Shown piece after piece: positions 23,832-25,442 of a stretch of DNA of 25,442 bases. The position numbers were made by a program, and so were the translations under genes. The stretch's first letter is position 1; each line of letters starts with the position of its first letter. The stretch is from IMG/VR virus record IMGVR_UViG_3300026980_000022, positions 1 through 25,442 of that record; one strand, 5' to 3'. Origin of the DNA: a virus (Duplodnaviria > Caudoviricetes). The notes under the pieces were generated by a model. It was not told the origin of the DNA and did no database searches. It was given only the letters and a program-made list of their open reading frames with translations.

Positions 23832-25442
23832 TCAGTTCTGTGCATCCTTCAAGATCATATCCGACGCCTTTTCCGCGATCATAATGACCGGTGAATTGGT
23901 ATTACCGCTGGTAATCGTCGGCATAATCGACGCATCGACAACACGCAGTCCGCCGATCCCCCGCACCCGCAGACGATCGTCGACGACCGCTTGATCGTCA
24001 TTGCCCATTTTACAGGTGCCGACGGGGTGAAAAATCGTTGTTCCTACGTCCCCAGCGGCACGGGCAAGCTCTTCTTCCGATTGAAAACTGGACCCCGGCA
24101 TGAACTCCTCCGGCCGATATTTGGCAAGTGCCGGCTGACTTACGATCCGCCGGGTCAGGCGGATGGCCTCCGCCGCCACCGCACGGTCACCTGGGGTCGC
24201 GAGATAGTTCGGCCGGATGGAGGGGTGTGCAAACGGATCGGGACTGGTGATGCAAACCTCGCCGCGGCTTTCGGGCCGCAGATTGCAGACGCTCGCGGTA
24301 AAGGCCGGGAACGGATGCAGCGGCTCGCCGAACTTGTTCAGGCTCAGAGGCTGCACATGATATTGCAGGTTCGGCGTTTCCAGGGCCGGGTCCGACTTGG
24401 CGAACGCGCCCAACTGCGACGGCGACATGGACATAGGCCCCGATTGGAAAAGCACATATTCCAGTCCGATACCCATCTTGCCCAACAGACTTGCCGAGCG
24501 CTCGTTGAGTGTGCGCGTTCCCTTGACCTTATAGGCACACCTTACCTGCAAGTGATCGTGCAAATTACATCCGACCCCGGGCAGATCGTGTACGACCTCA
24601 ACCCCGAACGGTTTCAAGCGCGCCGGATCACCGACCCCAGACAACTGAAGGATTTGCGGCGAACCGATGGAACCAGCCGACAGGATCAATTCACCTTCGG
24701 TTCGCACGATGGCGTCTTCGCCGCCCACACTGAGATCGATCCCGGTCACCCGCTTGCCGTCGAACATCAATCGCTTTGCGTGCGCTTCTGTCACCACCCG
24801 CAGGTTGGCCCTCTTCTCCGCCGGGCGCAGAAAGCCGCGCGCAGTGCTCCACCGCCAGCCGCGCTTTTGGTTGACGTGAAAATAGCCGACGCCTTCATTG
24901 TTGCCGCGGTTGAAATCTTCGGTCGGCGGCAGCCCTGCCTGCACCGCCGCGTCTCGAAATGCATCGAGGATCTCCCAATGCAGTCGTTGTTTCTCGACAC
25001 GCCATTCGCCCCCCTTCGCATGCAGTTCATCGGCAGGAAGGGCTGCCTGATCTTCGGATTTCAGAAAATAGGGAAGGATATCGTCCCAGCCCCACCCCGT
25101 ATTGCCGAGTTGCCGCCAATGATCGTAATCGCGCGCCTGACCACGCATATAGATCATACCGTTGATCGAGGAACACCCACCCAGCACCTTGCCACGGGGA
25201 TAGGAAAGGGCGCGGCCGTTCAGCCCCGGCTCCTCCACCGTCTTGAAGCCCCAGTCGGTGCGCGGATTGCCGATGCAATAGAGGTAACCGACGGGGATCT
25301 TGCACCAGATATAATTGTCATCCTTGCCCGCCTCTAGCAGCAGCACGCGGTTGCCGGGATTTGCGGACAGCCGATTGGCGAGCACGCAGCCCGCGCTGCC
25401 GGCGCCGACAATGATGTAGTCGTATGTCCCGAGATCGCGCAT
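23832..25442 (-). CDS. GMC family FAD oxidoreductase (choline dehydrogenase-like), host gene
   Basis: 'YDYIIVGAGSAGCVLANRL' dinucleotide-binding motif, 'RGKVLGGCSSINGMIYMRG', catalytic 'HPVGTC' and 'GNTN'. ATG is at the window edge, so the true start is unverified. Confidence 0.93.
   Translation of the reverse strand: MRDLGTYDYIIVGAGSAGCVLANRLSANPGNRVLLLEAGKDDNYIWCKIPVGYLYCIGNPRTDWGFKTVEEPGLNGRALSYPRGKVLGGCSSINGMIYMRGQARDYDHWRQLGNTGWGWDDILPYFLKSEDQAALPADELHAKGGEWRVEKQRLHWEILDAFRDAAVQAGLPPTEDFNRGNNEGVGYFHVNQKRGWRWSTARGFLRPAEKRANLRVVTEAHAKRLMFDGKRVTGIDLSVGGEDAIVRTEGELILSAGSIGSPQILQLSGVGDPARLKPFGVEVVHDLPGVGCNLHDHLQVRCAYKVKGTRTLNERSASLLGKMGIGLEYVLFQSGPMSMSPSQLGAFAKSDPALETPNLQYHVQPLSLNKFGEPLHPFPAFTASVCNLRPESRGEVCITSPDPFAHPSIRPNYLATPGDRAVAAEAIRLTRRIVSQPALAKYRPEEFMPGSSFQSEEELARAAGDVGTTIFHPVGTCKMGNDDQAVVDDRLRVRGIGGLRVVDASIMPTITSGNTNSPVIMIAEKASDMILKDAQN

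Noticed and set aside
23991-25337. 448-aa plus-strand ORF
   Set aside because: Antisense shadow of the GMC oxidoreductase.
23832-25442. Calling the GMC gene betA or a phage auxiliary gene
   Set aside because: The motifs are family-level only, with no bet operon context visible. It lies outside the repressor boundary and looks like a host gene.
1-25442. CRISPR array, rRNA/tRNA, IS elements, lysis genes
   Set aside because: No regularly spaced repeats, structural RNA genes, transposase, holin or endolysin recognised in this window.

Overview
GC-rich, probably alphaproteobacterial, chromosomal window. About 22 kb (1-22006, minus strand) is one co-oriented podovirus-type (T7/BPP-1-like gene order) virion morphogenesis operon. 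In transcription order it encodes TerS, TerL, two paralogous 'small base + RcGTA head-spike-fibre-like' gene pairs, portal, a polymorphic toxin with two immunity paralogs, a Bbp19-like protein, scaffold, major capsid protein, two capsid-decoration-like paralogs, tail adaptor, tail nozzle, gp13-like and gp14-like proteins, and a gp17-like tail fibre that runs off the window. Upstream lies only a minimal switch (DUF6362-like regulator divergent from a CI/LexA-like S24 repressor), a small ORF and a host GMC oxidoreductase. No integrase, replication, recombination or cro gene is seen on that side. The most notable signals are (1) an 864-aa protein with an internal-virion-like helical N-terminus and a pre-toxin-TG + TNT-like C-terminus, (2) a decayed orphan copy of the toxin 3' end in front of the second immunity gene, and (3) a lambda pR'/tR'-like promoter-terminator ahead of terS. 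Together they suggest a domesticated, inducible podophage-derived particle (GTA-like and/or toxin-delivering). All family assignments come from motif recognition by eye, without database searches. The downstream end of the element is outside the window.
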